Source: Hyphochytrium catenoides
Taxonomy: Eukaryota > Protista > Hyphochytriomycota
Reading direction: 5' to 3'
Assembly: GCA_900088475.1 (NCBI GenBank)
Contig: FLMG01002770.1
Coordinates: forward strand, 1-52,388
Length of the DNA: 52,388 nucleotides
The first letter of the stretch is position 1; every line of letters begins with the position of its first letter. Under the pieces are notes generated by a model. That model was not told where the DNA came from. It saw nothing but the letters and a program-made list of their open reading frames with translations, and did no database searches. This document shows positions 10,430 through 21,318 of this stretch, one piece after another. A program made the translations under genes and the position numbers.

Positions 10430-11117
10430 CTTCTCCGGCCCTACTATGTCTTGAAGGCGCAGTCTAGACAGCAGTTATCTTATGAGGCTGAGCAGGAGGC
10501 TTTGTAAAGACCAGTCCGGGCATGCAGAGGATTTGTCCCCATATGATGAGTAGCTATTTGGTGGCATGATGAGAAGGAGGATGATGAGGAAGGACTCCTC
10601 CTCATGTAATACGGCGATCAGATCGCTGGTGCAGTTTTTTTCCGCAGCGATGATAGCAAGCTGAAGTGGCTGGCAGCATTTGATTATGTTTGTACCACGT
10701 AGACCTCATTACCGCCGTTGTTGCGGTCGGCTTCCCTCTACCTTGTATCATGCACCGTCTTCCAAAGTCTCATAGCTACTACGGGCTCCACAATCGCCAG
10801 ACTCTTTGTTGATAGCAAGGATAATAAGACAAATGCTGTCTCCTCACTGTACCTGAGAGCGAGTGGGAATGTGCAAAAAGGAGAGAGTCAAGAAGCTAAA
10901 TGTAGCGTTTGCAGGTGCTCGATAGCATGGTCAGTCTTGAGGATAACCTGTTGATGACCAGCCAAATACCCTGACCAGAGGGAAAAGGCCCATACAAGCA
11001 GAGAGGGCTTCCCTGTCATCATGGTGTACCATCATCATAACGCCTCTCCGCATCGTCGTTCAACTCTCCGGATAGTAATGCTAGAGGGCAAGCCTGAAGA
11101 CATCCGCCGTAGAGTAA
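10430..11117 (+). pseudogene. GNAT pseudogene (3' half) with frameshifts, stops and a ~170-bp insertion (~10899-11066)
   Basis: Nucleotide blocks match paralogs 3/4: GAGCAGGAGGCTTT, TCCGGGCATGCAGAGGATT, GGCGATCAGATCGCTGG, CTCTTTGTTGATAGCAAG, GAGTCAAGAAGCTA. A displaced terminal block GGGCAAGCCTGAAGA...GTAGAGTAAAGCT at ~11086-11121 corresponds to the GNPEDVVD* end. Confidence 0.88.
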
Positions 11118-11486
11118 AGCTCATCCTCTTAACTCATCATCTTCATGCACTGAAGCATCGTCCTTAAGAGTGACAGGAGGAAGCGATGATCCTTCTACTA
11201 GGAACCTACTATCAATCTTTCTTTCATCGGCAACTGGCACTCTTCTCCTTTCCGAGGGTTCGTACCAACCTTTCCAGCAAACTGGGAACCGTAGATAGCA
11301 CCCATTGGGAAATGGACACCGAGGATAGCTGAAAGTAAAGTGAGCCAGAATAGTAAACAGTCGTACTCTGCAGGGAGAAGTCTCTTTTACCGAAAATAAC
11401 ACGAAGGTAACAGGAAGATCTTTAGAGACAGTGGTGAGCTGGTCGTTACAATTTGTTTAGCCGATTCTGGCCCCCCTTCGAACCTT

Positions 11487-11491
11487 TCTCT

Positions 11492-11527
<36 letters not shown>
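11487..11527. repeat. (CT)n microsatellite
   Basis: CT run; positional homolog of the (AG)n at 6889 in the inverted duplicate. Confidence 0.95.
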
Positions 11528-11530
<3 letters not shown>

Positions 11531-12056
11531 CGCTCGCTTCTCGTCTCTTCACTCTTCTCTTGTCTACCTCCTCCCTCCCTGTAGAATGCTCTCAACATCG
11601 GCTCATCGTCATGCTTAGTTTGGCATCTGTAGAAGTGTTAGAGGTAGGCTCCAGCAGCACCAGCGCCTACCTTCCGAAACATTCCCTCCCGCCTCTTTCT
11701 TCAGCGTCCAGTCATTGCTTCCAAGTTCCTTCTCGACCGGCATCAGCTCGGGAAGGCTAGAACTCTGTCTTCCGAGAAGAAGGATAGCAGGCTGCTGTTC
11801 TCGAGAAGAAGAATAGGAGACCAAGTTTCCAGAGCTGGACACGACGGACTCAAAAGAGCATGATAGCTCCCGAGGCTCACTGCAGCCGTTGATGGTGCGA
11901 AAGGGTAATAAAGATTCAATTCACGAGACCCACGCGTAGCCTGAACGTCGCTACGGCTACTGATCAGTGGTATATAGACCAGTAGTGACGAGGATCCCGC
12001 CTTGGAACGACAGAGTGAGGCTGTTTGACTAGTAGCATAGCTAGGGCAAGTCTACC

Positions 12057-15000
12057 ATGGGCCAGCATATATCCTTTGAGGATCCAGCAGCCCTACACTA
12101 TCAAGGGATGGTAAGAAGGCATCATATCTAGCTCCTCCAGCCGTGCAATTGTCTCTCTTCTTCTTTATCTAGCTATGTGGAAGGTAATGCTCGCCAACTG
12201 TGCGGCTCCTCTGATGTCCCTCACTCTACTCCTCCTTTTGTCGATCCTTCTATTATTTCCCAATATACAGGTGGTCGCTTGCTGCAGGGGTGACGAAGAG
12301 TTGCTCATGAAGCACATGGATGAGAGAGTTATTAATCTGCAGGTACCAAGAGGCCACAGGCCACATTGTCTTCTCGTCTTCGTCTGGTCCGCTTGATGGT
12401 TGATTACTATGATTAACTGCTGACTTCTGTCTCTATCCGTTCTTTACGCAGTTCACCAGGGACAACTTTTTAGGGATGTGCGCTTACCAGCAAGGTGTGA
12501 TCAGAGGAGAAGTTCAGCAGCTCCTTCTAAGCTCAGTTGGGTGCTCGACGGCCTACTCATAACTGTGTATGAATGTATAAGCAGAGAGGATATCAGCCGT
12601 CGCTGATTCTGTACAGCAAGAAGAGGAGGAGAGAAAGCAGCGAGAGGCAGAAATGGACGTGGCACAGAGCTTGGACGAAGGTGACAACGCCATCTGCTTC
12701 GCCAGTTCTACATAATGATGATGTTGCGGTACAGGTCCCTCGTCATCACTTAGTCATTTCCTCCTTTTGCATTTTGGCAGGCGTCTTCATCCTGCATTTG
12801 ATAGTAGTGTTCTTACTACCTGAACCTTGATTCATCAGCCATCGCGCTGACTACCTTCCTTCCTGCTGCTGTGGCTCCATAATCCATACTTCTCGTCAGG
12901 GCGTTTGACATCTGGAGACACGCTCTTGCACATTGCGGCCAGAGCAAACATTAGCTCTCTGCTAGATGCACTGCTCGGTCATGGTGCCAAGGAGAACGTG
13001 GCCAACTTTGCAGGTCCAGTTCGCAACTTTCTCGCTGTCTCTTTCTGCCGTCGATGTAGGCGATCGCATAAAAGTGGAATGGCGTCTGCATGCGTCTTCT
13101 GCCGCAGGGCTGTGACAAAGAAGAGGAAAAGAGGAAAGAGAAAAGGAAATGACACTGTGCGTGAGCCCGATCAGAAGGTTGACTTAGGGTTGTCTACCCC
13201 TATGTTTGTACAGATGAGACGCCAATGCAGGTCGTTAAGAGTTTAGATGCAGACTTCTTGCTGCTGGAGGCTTCCGTTATCAGTACCAACACGACTATCA
13301 AAGAAGCGGCGAAGCCTAAGGTCAGAGAAAAAAAGCCAGCTCCCTCTCTTTGTCGGGCTCTCCTGTTGAATTGTGGTGGTGTCCATTCTTGTCGGTTCTT
13401 CTCCTCCTGGTTCCGTACGTCAATCTCCAATCCCAACGCCTTCTACCCCATCCTCCCTATAGGCCAAGGCCTTCTCAAGGGTTCTACGAAGAATATGGCC
13501 GCTCTGGGTACTCCTTTTACCTCCCTGTTCCTCCGCCGGTCACCGCCTTTTCGATTCCTTCCTTAGCTCTATCTCTAGTATCCGGCTTCTAGAGTAGTCA
13601 CATCTCTTCCCGCCTCTTGCTGTTTGGATATACGTATACTCTCTGTGTCGTTACCCTTCTTGTCTCTCACTCCCTCACCCGTCATCTTCTGCTCTTTATG
13701 AATCTCTCGGCCTATTCTTACTGCTTCCATTGCACTTAATGTATGCTGACTTATGCTGCTGTCCGGGCAACGACGCCGCACAGATGGTCTCACATCAGGA
13801 GTCCGGTAAGCAAAAGAGCCTTATTATTCCTGGGCCGCTGAGGGCTGTTACTCCTTGCTTCTTCTATCTTCTTGCCTCGGTCTCCTGCCGTGAGGACTCT
13901 CTGATCGACGCCCTCTGCCCTCCTCCCGTTCCGATACCAGTGCCCTTTATTAGGGTCCTTACTGGGATCTCATCTGCCAGCGCACTCTTTGTGGAATACC
14001 AGCAGATCCTGAACAAGCTCACTGCCAGGTACTCATATCACTCTGCAGTCTGCCGCTCATCATCCTTCTCGTTTGTCCCGCTCTTCACCTCCTAGATCGT
14101 ATGGAGAATATGTTCTGAAGATATTGACTAAACTGTCTCAGTCCCTTTCTGTCTCCCTTCGCTCTTAGTGTCAAAGTCAACCGTCTCCTTCGAAATTGTT
14201 CGTCGCCTGATGTCTCTGGATTCGGGTTTATGGTCTAAAGGTTCAAGGCGCTGGCAAACCAACGCGGCACTGACATGGCCGAGGAGCTTCTCTCGGGAGC
14301 AGGATATGATGCAGACCGAGCTCTGAACAAGTTTGCAAGGAAGAGCGATGAGGAGAAGATGGACGTCGCGAAAAAGGTAGCTTGCTTCTTCAACAGCTCA
14401 TTCCTACTCCACGAGATGTAGCCATGTAGTTCTCTGTCTTCCGACGCCATTAGCAACCAAAACTGGCAGCACAATCCAGTAAAATTGCCCCTCTCTGCGC
14501 CATGTAGTTCTTTTATGTCTCGTCCTGCTAAAACTAGCGCTCTGTTCTTCCTACGCTTGAAGTCTTATGAAAACCTGTAGATATTAGAGTATAACATGCA
14601 CCCTGAGATAGCAAAAGCGATGCGAAGCCCTGCGTTTTGTCCGACTATGGTGGTAAGGTTTATCTTCTTCCCTCTAAATATTTTGGTCAATGCATCCTCG
14701 CTCCGCTCCATTAATATCTCCTTTGTCATAAAGAATGATCCGAGTCATTCTGTAGCTGTGAAGAAGAAAAGAATGATGATGTGTCTTTGTTTCTTTCTTT
14801 ATTTCAGGCCTTTATCGATGGCGCCATGGCTGGCTGGCTGAGCACCGTCAAGCTCGTCCTCGGTACTATGAAGGCCGCACCGTCCTCACCTCTAGCTACC
14901 AGACAGAGTACCCGGTACACCAGCCGCGTTTCCACGAGGCTTCTTAGCAGAGTAGCATCCTCTGGAGGAGGAGGAGTCAGCTTTGCTGATGGTAGCCTCT

Positions 15001-15342
15001 TCTGTCTCGCAGCCTGACTCAACCAGTAGAGTAACTACTTCTTCTCTCCATGCAGAGCCCACCCAGAAGATGAACCGAAAGAAGTTCCTTGCCAAGCTTC
15101 AAACGGCACTGAGTGAGGGAGATGAGCTCATTTGGAGCCATCGCCTCTCACCCGGCACTGGACGGGTGGAGTCTGTCTGCTACCACTTGACTGCGTTAGA
15201 GGAGTACTTGCACGTACAGTGTAGCGCCTTAGAAAGTGTCATCACTCCGCCCTGAGGACAGCACCAGAAGCGCAGGAGAACGTCTCTTCCGGACGAAGGA
15301 TGGCTTGAATACTGGGAGCTGTACAAGCCTCCGGCTAGATGA
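12057..15342 (+). CDS. Multi-exon ankyrin-repeat protein with an N-terminal MGxxxS myristoylation consensus; function unknown
   Basis: The spliced N-terminus reads MGQHISFEDPAALHYQGM|VVACCRGDEELLMKHMDERVINLQ|FTRDNFLGMCAYQQ|GRLTSGDTLLHIAARANISSLLDALLGHGAKENVANFA|DETPMQV, with ankyrin G-D-T-x-L-H-x-A-A and LL-x-x-G-A motifs. Further GT-AG exons run to a TGA at 15340-15342 (alternative end 15255). The middle exons are less certain. Confidence 0.7.
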
Positions 15343-15420
15343 GCACCAGAGACAATAAAGAGAAGAGAGAGAGATGTCCGAGGAGACAGTGGCCCAAGGC
15401 AGGCCTTGCCCGTGGGAACA

Positions 15421-18400
15421 CTATGACATAATATAGCGGTAATTGGACGGCTCAAAGGTGCCAATGAGTTTGTCATAGCCTTGGGTCCCCAACGAATGAG
15501 ACAATGAATCTAGGGTCTTCCTCACTGCCGCTTTCAGATCCACAGCGTAGGCCACGTCGGATGTCAACAAGGCTCTCCTTCTCAGATCCTCGCTAACCTC
15601 CGGTATCCCTTCTACTGACTGCGGAAGATATACTTCTGCTACACTCTCGCCGTTGTTGGCTTCAAACTCGTGCAAGACATCCACGCATGCGTCCACAATC
15701 TGGTTGCCAAGTGTGAGGATATCTGGGTCACCTGGCAGAGAGCAAAGGACGTTTTGAGAAACGCGTGAATAGGCCATGAGGGAGCGTAATGGGCTAAAGA
15801 AAGTGGAGGTTATCGAGAAGCCCAAAGATTGAGTCGCAAGAAGAGCCAAGCCTGTAGGCAAGTGCTTTTACTCATCAGCGAGAAATAGACACCCATCCTA
15901 GAGTGAAGGATAGGAGAAGAAAAGGACAGAAAGTTGGGACGCTAATTTGGCCGTCCTTTACGCGTTAATCCTATTGTTGCCTAGGGCGTCTTGCTTACCT
16001 GAGCCCATGATCGAGACTAAAGCAAGAGCAATCATCTTCCTCCTGTACGGCCCGGTAGTGCTATATCCCACATTATCGAATTTGTCCAACATAAGCTCCA
16101 GCAGCCTTACCAACTGCGCCTTTTCTCTACCAGGATACTTTTCTCCTAGAATCGCCAAGAGATGCCCCTGCTGGTGGTAGAGGACCCTCGCTAACACGGC
16201 GAGGTAGCCCACAATCACAGTGTCTGGATCTCTCTCATTGCTCTCGTCTTCCTTATCCAATGTGGCCATGCAAGACGTCACCATGGTTGATAGTATCCCT
16301 CTCAGCATAGGCACAGCCTCTACGGGAAATGCCTTTAATAATAACTCTATCGCTTTGGTCACAAGGGCTGCACCTCGAGGTTTTAGCTGCCCCACAAGCC
16401 TCTCAAAGATCCTAGACACAGAGGCCGCATGGGTATTGAGAAAATCCGCTTTTCCTAGGAGAATGTAGCTCTCGATGAGAGTCATAGCCTGCTTTAGATA
16501 GTCGAAATCGCGCGCCATAAATGCCTCAACGTTAGAGAAAAGAGCGTGCAGTTCTGCTGTGTAATGTGCAGCGTTCTTCATAGTCTCTTGCCAGAGCTCC
16601 AGGCCGCCTTCCATCAAGTAAACCTCTTCCGGCTGATTGATATCCGTACAATACCCTAGTAGAGGGAGAAGAATTGGGAAGAGAGAAGTGCTGTTGCTCC
16701 CGGTGGCAGTAACAACGTGCGAGAGAACTTGAAGTATCGCTCCCCGTATGAGATTCTGCTCAGCTGACGCCTCCCACACCGCTGGAATCGGACTAACGAT
16801 GGCGTTGACACTAGGGAGGATGTCGTTACCGCATCGCTCAACGAGGAGCGAGAGGACATTCATTATCTGTGGTACAAAGAGAAAGAGGGAGCGAAGGAGT
16901 ACTTATCCTTAGACACCAGCTTACATATTATCTGAACAGAAAGGAACGGACGAAGAGGGGAAGGTAGCGTAAGACTGGAAGAAATAGCTAAGCTGCTCGG
17001 AGCTGCCTCGCTCAATGTGAAAGAGGCCAGGGCTAGCAGGGCAAGAATCTGTGGGTAAAAAGATCGCTGCAGCTTGTTACCTGGAGCCTCGTTTCCGTTT
17101 GTTCAGCCCTGGCCATGACAGAATATAGCGCTTCCACTGATGACTGAATATAAGGCTTGAAGATGTCTTTCTCAAAATTCCAGTCCTCGATGAGGCTCTT
17201 GAGCGTACCAACCGCAGTCACTGTCACAGCGTTGTCTGACGTCGAGTTACTCTCATTCAAGAGCTGGATAATGGATTGGTAGAGAGGCGTACGGATCTCC
17301 TGCGTGGTCGCAGAGAAGAAAGGTCACAGTAAGGAGCCGACAAAGGCCAAAGTAGGCAGGGTGAAAGATTGAGTGCTATGCAGGTCATTCGCGGCGAGAT
17401 AAGTCCTTCTAAATGGGTGAACACGTGAACAATCGGAAACGAATACGACAATGCATAAGAAGTGAAGTGCAAGAGGGCCAGGCCAGCAGAAGACGCTTTA
17501 TCTAAAGCGCTCACTGGGCAGTGTTGGAGTTGATGGTAGCTTTAGAAGTTACTAAGTCATACCACCACGAGGAAGTCGCTAAACCCTCGGCTAGCTTTAT
17601 CTGTCGGCCGCTTACCTCTGTAACGTCCGCCATCCAACATCCGATCAGCCATAGAATCCTTCTCCGTAGTATAGGAGGCATACCAGTCTGGGGATTAGCT
17701 TGCAAAAGAGGTACGAGGGAGCCTAAAAACCAAGGCACGAACTCTATTTGTCCATGAAGATCATAAGCTGCCAGCCCTGCGGCAAGGAAGATTGCGTCCG
17801 TCCGCAGAATATCGGCCGTCGTCGCACTGCTGATGTTAGAAGTGTTGACTGTCTGTTGTTGCACCAAGCTGACAAGCGCTGGTCCAAGGAATGACTTGTG
17901 CTCCTGAAGTAGAGATAGAAGAAGGTTCTCGGCCGCTGTCCGGACGTGCTCCTCTGGGGTAAGCGATTCCTAATGGTTGACAATGTCAGCAAACGCAAAA
18001 TTTTCGAAGAGCTTCCCCCAAAGGCACGGAAGGGGGTTAAGTGCTCAATAGCAAGAGCACATGATGATACTCATGGGGACTACTAGTTAATGGAAAGGCC
18101 ATAAAGGAGAGGAGAGCCCATCAAAGTGAGAGGAGTGATTTCAGGCATAGAGACAGGGAAAGCAACGAGGTAAGCTCATAGCAGATAACTCGCACCTGAG
18201 CCACAACAAAGCCCTCAGGATCTGCTGCCCAGCTCTCAATATCATCATCAGTCAATAGTAGAAGCTTCATAACCACCAGGTGGAAGAGGTTCAGGACTCT
18301 ATCCGTGGTGAAGAATGCGGTTACAGAGTCCTTCGCTTCAGTTACAGCCTCAGCCGTCACTTGCACGTCGCCCCTTGCAGTGATTAGCCTGCTCGACTTC

Positions 18401-19942
18401 GCCAATGAGACATCCCTGTATGCCTTGCAGGCTGCAGTGTTGGACAAAAACGTCACCGCGTTGGTCAACAACCGAGAAAGAGGAGGCTTTCTGCTCTGAA
18501 AGCTTGCAAAGAGCTGAGAGTAGAAAAACTCTAAGAACGGTGAGAGGAAGGGACGGAAGGCTAGGGCGTATTCGCGCTGGGCTTCCATCACTGTCCTAGC
18601 CAGCACCCCGATCAGCTTCTCCACATGCCCTAAGATCACCCCCGACCCTTCTGGGCCTTCCAGGTTCTCTCTCAGCTGTAGGAGTAGGTCCATCTTTTCT
18701 AGGGCTTGGCCTAAAAATGTGGCCACTTCTGGATGTTCGTTGAGCTTAGGCAGGCCATTTAGTAGGAGGCGGTATTGCACCTTGCTCAGTAGGATGAGGA
18801 GTTCGAAAGGAAGTACCATCTGCTGCAGACGAGCACCTCGAGATTGCGTATCAGTGGACTGGAACAGAGCAGAGAGTTCGCCAAACAAGCTTTGTGCCTG
18901 TCCTACCCAGATACTGAGAACAACGGGTTGCAACGCTGCAGCCATCTCCTGATAGAACTTCTTGTCAACCATCAGCCTCTTCGTTGAAAGCTCCTTCAAG
19001 ACGCGGTTGAGAGTGAGAATGGCATTATGTAGACGTGATATCGGGACAGAGGGCTGGAGGTTGGAAACAAGAGAGTTGAAGAGGTCTGGCCATTCTTTAG
19101 GCCAGTCTGTGCGGGCGATCTTGGAGGTAAGGACTGCAAGCTGCGTTTTCACTTGTCTAGCAATGCCGGAGAAAGTAGAGAAAGCTGGTCAAGGTAACGA
19201 CCTCAAATAAAAAGGCAATGACACAAGGACTTCCAAGCACAGAAACAAAGAGCGTATGGTCAAGTAAGCCAACGACAACCACAAGCGAGGAATTTATGCC
19301 AAGAGAAAGCGATGGGCAGCCTACAGAGCCATGAAAGAGAGAGAGTTCACTCATGACAGAGGCCTTAGAGCTGGAATGTGGAGCATCACGTACGAGGAAG
19401 AAGTGCTAGACTGACCTGTTGCTTTCTTCCATGTAGGTCAGAACAAACTGGCGCAATGCACTCTTCTCTTCCGGAGACACGATGTTTCCCTGCTGCGAGC
19501 GTCCGCGCGGTTTCCAGTACTTATTAACAACATTTTTTAGACAAATCACGGCCATCAATCGAACGTTAAGATCTGCGTTGGGCTGTTGAATGATGCCGAT
19601 AAGGACCTGTGGGAGTAACAAAGAAGAAGGAAGATCGTCAGTTTGAGAGCGCTGGAAGGGTCATTCCGACAAGGCTTCTCGGGCCCGAACCTTGGAGAAA
19701 CCTGGAGTCCGTTCGCATGTAGCCAATAACTCTTCAACGGGCTTTCGTACGTCATCGTGTGCGTTGAGCGAGCTCTGCAAGAGCTGTAACAGGGAAGTGC
19801 AGTGACGCAAGGCGAGAAGGAAGGTAAGCCACATAGCGGTATTCCTATCATCTGCTAGCAATCTAACCCCAGGGTTTCTTACATTATAAACGGTAGCGGT
19901 GTGCGCCGCCGTTAGCCGCGGAGGCACCGCTTCTGCCGACAT
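15421..19942 (-). CDS. IPO11: Importin-11 (karyopherin-beta family, Kap120-like), multi-exon
   Basis: IBN_N-like segment VRLMAVICLKNVVNKYWKPR, KIARTDWPKEWPDLF, LNRVLKELSTKRL, RRRILWLIGCW and VYLMEGGLELW are all characteristic of importin-11. GT-AG exon chain. Confidence 0.88.
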
Positions 19943-20409
19943 GAGTCCCTCTCACGACAGCACTAACATAGAGGCCACACCGTCTCCTTGTCACTGCTCA
20001 CAGAGACCCAAAGACGGGAAGAACGGGCGATAGCCAGCCTTGTGGAGGCTTAACGAGCTTGAAGGACACTGCTGTCTTAGCTCGATCAGCAAGCACAGCA
20101 GGCCTCGGACGAAGCTTTTCTGACATCTGGTGCCCACAGGTCAGACAAAAAAATCACAAAATATCGCACAGTGAGAATCTTAGTACTATTTCGCATCCAG
20201 GATACCTATGATTAGGAATATAACTCTTATACATCTGCATTCCTAATCTGAAGAGACTTTCATGCGTTGTAGGAGAAAATGGAGGTATTCTATTCCAAAC
20301 GGATGTTAAGCCATATAGCGATTTAGAATTCCGCCACCTTGAGCGGCAGTGATGGATGGATGCATTGAATGGCTTCAGAGGGCAAGCAAGCTTTCTTCTG
20401 GCCCTTCAG

Positions 20410-20660
20410 CAGGCTTCGGATGCAACGCATCGGGAGCTCTCAGACTTCGTTCCTGAAGTGCCTGGGCATTTGAAAGCTTAGGACGGGAGCGTCAAAGCCC
20501 TCAGGCCCCCGGGATCAGCATCGGTAAAGCTCCCAGGCGTCAGACGTGAAGGGTCGGGCCCTTCAGGGTTTGAGCCATAGCGTCAGGACTCTCAGGCTGC
20601 AAACGACATCGTCAAAACCTTCAGGCTTTAGATGGGAAGCTTCAAGGTGCTCAGTGTTTC
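20410..20660. repeat. Degenerate ~29-32-bp minisatellite, about 7-8 units
   Basis: Recurrent core similar to GCRTCRRRRCYCTCAGGC: GCGTCAAAGCCCTCAGGC, GCGTCAGGACTCTCAGGC, TCGTCAAAACCTTCAGGC, GCATCGGGAGCTCTCAGAC and GGGTCGGGCCCTTCAGGG, spaced about 30 bp apart. Confidence 0.75.
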
Positions 20661-21318
20661 AAATTGTCAAACCGTCCGGCTTCAGCTACACTCGATAAGA
20701 GCTGGTAGCGCCTGGACGCGTGTAGCTCTTTGCATTTCCATCGCTTGTGCTTGCTATTCGCTGAACTCTCAGCTGTTGGGTCGCTTCTGCTCCTCCGTGG
20801 CCTTTCTGCTCCGCTCCCATGTTGGGCATAAGGCTTCATTCCCTTCCTGCCTGTTAAGAGGATAAGGTTTTGATTGTCTGGCACCCGTAGGGATGGTGCC
20901 ACCTATTAAGGGCACCGCTATATTTTTTAGTGGGGATTGGTCGCTGGCACTACTTGATATATTGACTCCTTAGCCATTAGTCTCGGCTACTTGCAATTGT
21001 TGGAAGGCTCTTGGATATCCCTTAGGGCTGGCGATCAAGTGAGGCAGGGCGTAAGCGTCGATGGAATGAAGAGTTGAGAGCTAGGGCATTGTAGTCAAGA
21101 CACCTAGAGCTCTGTGACTAGCTAACTTGGCTTTCTTTGGAGGCGGCGAACAAACGACACGAGGTTTCTTATTGAAAAGCAAGATGCTCATCCATTCTTA
21201 TTAATGTATGACCAGCCTTTCTAAATAGTGGTGTCTGGCGCTACCACCTAAGCAGCACACAGACTTCTTCATTGACGGCATCAGCCAATGCGAGCGCCAG
21301 CAATGGAACCGCGCAATC

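Noticed and set aside
16220-19210. Numerous short antisense ORFs over IPO11 (and over other genes)
   Set aside because: Shadow ORFs of real coding exons on the opposite strand, with no independent evidence.
20410-20660. CRISPR-like repeat-spacer array
   Set aside because: The cores are degenerate, the linkers are only 11-13 bp and mutually similar, there are no cas genes, and the context is eukaryotic.
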